In this document: in pieces, positions 59,896-64,000 of the stretch
Numbering within the stretch: the first letter of the stretch is position 1
Layout: each line of letters begins with the position of its first letter
DNA from: Phallusia mammillata
Taxonomy: Eukaryota
Assembly (NCBI GenBank): GCA_965637545.1
Contig: OZ281500.1
Span: 5,580,001 to 5,644,000 of the forward strand
DNA: 64,000 bases
Direction of reading: 5' to 3'
The notes under the pieces: generated by a model
Databases searched by the model: none
What the model was told of the DNA's origin: nothing
What the model saw: the letters and a program-made list of their open reading frames with translations, nothing else
Made by a program: the position numbers and the translations under genes

Positions 59896-62800
59896 GACTA
59901 AACAGAAGATGTTTTAAACATGAAAAGACAAGAAATAATTTGTGTCAACTCAAAAAAATTCTTTCTTCCAAAATACAATAATGACGTCAGTCTCTCACCC
60001 ATGTCTGTATTGTAGGTATGATCTGTATCGATAAAGTAACAGCTAGTATCTGCTGGTAAAGCCAATAAACGACTGGAAGTGGTTAAGTTCGCGAAACTCG
60101 AAAGCTCGGACAGCAGCAGTAGCTAACTTAATGCACACAAGCACTAAACGCGTGGTTTCCTGTGTTTCGATGCTTTGCTATACAATTCAGCTACCACATT
60201 CTTTGTGGCAAACCAGAATAATCACCACAAAACTTACGCCCACTTTGCTCCCAGTAAAAACATAAGCATTGCAATAAATAGGACAGTGACGCTTGTTTTT
60301 GCCTGTCCTGCAGTTCAAACTCCTGGAAAATGCCCTAATCATGCAAAATCGTTTTGTTGACTCATCTCATGCATCGTACAGATCGTACTTTTCGAATTGT
60401 CACCCATTCTATGTTGCATGAGCAATAAGCCTCTCGAACAAAACTGCAAAGCGGAAGCTACAATCTTACCACTCAAATACAAGAAGCCAAAAGTTGAACT
60501 GTTTAATTTTTCTTTTGTCCTTAAACAGATATAGCCTACTGTGCATTTAGTATTAGTTGTCTGTTCAAGAATACAGCAGTACTCAGGTTTACAACCCCAT
60601 AATATTTGCCAACGTTCCTTATTTTCTAAAGTATATCAAATGACATTGTCTTGCGAGTACAGCGTTTTTAACGAGGTATATAAAACACCGAAACGTTTAG
60701 ATATATTTATTTCACCTTGGGGACATTCACTAAAATAAAAAACATTTATGGGTATTGGATTGGCCTTAAGGTATCATTGTTTTACAAACTGTTGTCAGGC
60801 ACCCAAAAAATAACTAACAAACCTTGCTTGAGGTATCGCGCAATCAAACGCAAACCGCTTGAAAACAAAACTGTTTGCGTGAAGCAGGACGTATACCGTC
60901 ACTTTATTGTCGCAATTTATTGTTTACAATTTCTGTGCACAAACGTTTGCAAAGAAGCATGCATAGATTGGCACTGTATTTGAAAAATCCTTGAAAATTT
61001 ACACCAATAGTTTTTCCTCCTCTTTTAACTCTCACACTTTTTGCGCTAGGATTTATGGCGTGATAATGTTTATTAATCATTTTTGTAAAGCTGCTTTAGG
61101 TAGAATTTTCTTCATTGGATCTAAAGCTTTTCATTATTTACGCTTTCTACCAGTGCACAGCAACAAACTTTATCTTATCATTTCTTAAACGAGCAGTAAA
61201 ATCCAGAAAAAAATCGTTGAATAACCAACGTGGTTTATGCTGTTCATTAAAATCCAAAAAGCGCAGACCACAGCTAAACGTTAGCGTGGGCCTAAACGCC
61301 TAATGGGAATGCATGTAAAAATCATAAGCAAATACTGGAACAAGCTTTCTTTGACCTAAACACGTGTCACTATGCAAACTTTCGTTTCGTTGTTGACACG
61401 GAAACGTTTTACTTGTCACCCAGCTGTACAGATTGTTGTTAGTTGTAACCCAGATACTTATAGCTTTTCCAAAACAATTGAATTGTGTTTCAACGAAAAC
61501 TATTTATTTCGAAAAAATATTTTAACCCAACGTGTCCACTAAATGCGTTTAAAACTTGGATAAGTTTCTTCCCAATGTTTGCTTTTTAAAGCAGGTTTTC
61601 ATTGCCATGTGCTAAACCTCCATATGTACTAACCCTTATTGTTTTACTAAGTGAAATTAGGTACATAACACTTAACTTAAGTCTTCAGTAATGTCCCTGC
61701 CAGTAGACTTATATTAGCATAGGCAAATCTATGTAACAGTACTTCCTTGTTAGCCTAGACCCGGTTAGGTACACTAATGCTAACAAGGAATTGCAATGTG
61801 TGAACTTTACACCTACAATCAGTGCGCTTATAAATATGGAAGCATAATTAAGTCATTGCGCTTGTTTGTCTCAGACAAACCTTTACGTGTAGTAATAACA
61901 GTTCAGTGTTTTATTTTGGAGCACGTAATAAAAACAAATGTAATGTTTACGACTGGGCTTACAGTAGGCCCATTTTACCAGGAACAGATAGGCCTACCTA
62001 GTAATACAGATACAATCATGATAAGCCTAAAAAACAAACATGTCTACAATTACAAACTGGGGTTTATGCAATAAATGTAGTCAACAATCAAAGTCTTTAA
62101 AAGGTGCTACTAAGCCTTTTATTACGTTGATTCACTACCCACGTCTCACAAATGTATTGGCATGGCATTGGTTTCACTCATTGCACAAAGTACTTTAACC
62201 ACACACTTCGAATGTTTAGCGTTTTTTTAGTCAACTCCCTTTCCTGCTCGGGGTAGAGCAGTAACGTTTAAGCTTCAGGTGGCAAAATCTTGGATTAACA
62301 AAATTTGTCATGTGTAAAGTGAGTAGGCATGTGTAAAAACGTCTTTCGTAACACCAAAAAAAAAAAACAGTTTTATTGCGCATTTACAACTAAGGTACAC
62401 TTCAAAGATTCGCAATTTTCACACAGGTACGGCTCGAATGTTAAACGCAAGAAACATTTCTAAATCGGCACGTTTATATAACGTGGCCTTTATACAAATC
62501 TAACAGAAACCAACCTATCCAACGTCATTTTTAATCGATACAAATGTAAACAAATCTTAAGAGATGCACGGCTCATTTCAAGTCAATATCACTGCTACGT
62601 TTTTGTCTAAAGCCGGACGTACAAGCTTCTAAACGTGCCTTATATCATTTCTAACATCATAATAGTGTATACATAAAGATCACCGCATCTGCAACTGTAT
62701 GGGTCCGCTAATAAACCGTTGTTTAATTTAATCGGTTTCACTTTCTTCCTTGGTTGCCTTTAGTAAACAAACATGATGTGATAAGGAACAAACGCGCCAT

Positions 62801-63766
62801 TTGGTTAGCCTTTGGTCTTTGCTTGTCTCATGTATATTGAACCTAACACATAAGAGCTACTTGTACTGAACTAAGATCTGAAGCACCAGGGTTACTTCCA
62901 TGTTCCACCTACTTGATAAATCAGGTCAATATGTATTGCAATGTTTTAACACTACATTTTACCGCTACACAAATGAAACAAAGACTCGAAATGCTGTTGC
63001 TTTCGTTAAAAGAAACAGCCTACATAAAAGTTTTTTTGTAACAGTGGTAGACTAACACGTCTTTTTCCCATTAACTGTTGTGACGGTGGGTGGTTATAAT
63101 TTAAAAACAACAACAAACCACTGCTACCATGGCCTATGAGAAAAGTCTATCAAACAAACCGTTACCTTTAAGCTAACAAATACACATGCTGTCGTTATTA
63201 CACCACGTCGTACTGTACATTGGACTGTAAACCTTTGGCTCTAAATCAGCATTGACAACGGCAGACGGGTTCTGCGATAAGAATATGAGGCTTAAAGCGC
63301 TTTTATAACTGGTGTCGCGCAAAAAGTTCGTCCCCTGAGATTAAAATGGTGCAGTGACTTTTCCAAAGTTAAGACCAAGGACCATAGGAAATCTTGGCGG
63401 CACAACTTACTGATTAGCTGTTTGTCGATTAAAAGTGGTATTTTAACATATAAATGCTGTAAAGACTTCAAACGTCCGTATTTATGGTAACTTGTTATGC
63501 TCATATGGTCGAAATACATAAACCTCCAGCTCGCGAAAACAAAAACTTCGGTTTTATAGACTTACAACCCAATGAGCCCATGCAAGGACAAGTTTAGAAA
63601 TGCTCCAAACATACGGCTAACTTTCTGCACTTGAAGATCAGGATTGTAAATCAAAGCAAATGACGTTTTTCTGTACACTTCAACTCTTAGCCTCGTCTTT
63701 ATTAGCAATCGAATGCCCCTCGTTTTGCATCCGTTAACAACAAAGTAATACCTTCCTTAGTTGCTT

Positions 63767-64000
63767 TTAAGTTATTGTAAGTTTAGACAACAACCACGAC
63801 AATCCGCTATGCGACTGGAAGCAAGCGTTGGTGCTGTCATGACGTAACAAGCGCAGGGCCTGAACGACGCTTGCCGTTTCCTTCCTGCTGCCACTCGACC
63901 GTGACGCACACGTGATCAAAACAGAAGCTGCTGCTACCGTCGTCGTCGTTATGTCAGCACTGGAAGTTCTGCTTCGTGCATTGCGTAACTTGCCTTCAGT
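63767..64000 (-). other. Possible terminal coding exon of a gene extending beyond the window
   Basis: A GC/CpG-rich frame is open from the window edge for 77 codons (TEGKLRNARSRTSSADITTTTVAAASV…) to TAA at 63767. No recognisable domain. Confidence 0.25.

Noticed and set aside
1-64000. CRISPR arrays, operon-like prokaryotic systems, autonomous transposase or reverse-transcriptase ORFs, additional homeoboxes
   Set aside because: No regularly spaced repeat-spacer arrays or such ORFs were seen; the sequence is intron-rich eukaryotic DNA.

Overview
Eukaryotic genomic DNA: AT-rich, short GT-AG introns, no prokaryotic features. It is most likely from an invertebrate chordate (tunicate/ascidian-like), judged from the Cdx sequence, compact introns and repeat types. 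I assembled five protein-coding genes exon by exon, with reading-frame phases checked by hand: RPL10A (-, 6 coding exons), FITM2 (+, single coding exon, divergent from RPL10A), NSUN7 (-, at least 14 exons), the ParaHox gene Cdx (-, 2 exons) and a ~1,890-aa ARAP-family ArfGAP/RhoGAP (-, 35 exons). Non-coding genes are a C/D-box snoRNA in RPL10A intron 1 carrying the U45/SNORD45-type 18S guide, a tRNA-Glu(TTC)/tRNA-Gly(GCC) pair 5 nt apart, and a tRNA-Arg(CCT). Mobile elements are six hAT-type MITEs with 8-bp nnnTAnnn target duplications, a Helentron-type non-autonomous element and a degenerate tRNA-derived SINE. The most notable observations are: NSUN7 lacks its motif VI catalytic Cys; the tRNA pair looks dicistronic; ARAP intron 7 holds an array of phase-matched alternative first exons; Cdx-type binding sites cluster around Cdx; and Cdx lies outside an intact ParaHox cluster but next to genes whose human orthologues map to ParaHox chromosomes. 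I found no clearly new biological system; the findings are testable candidates.
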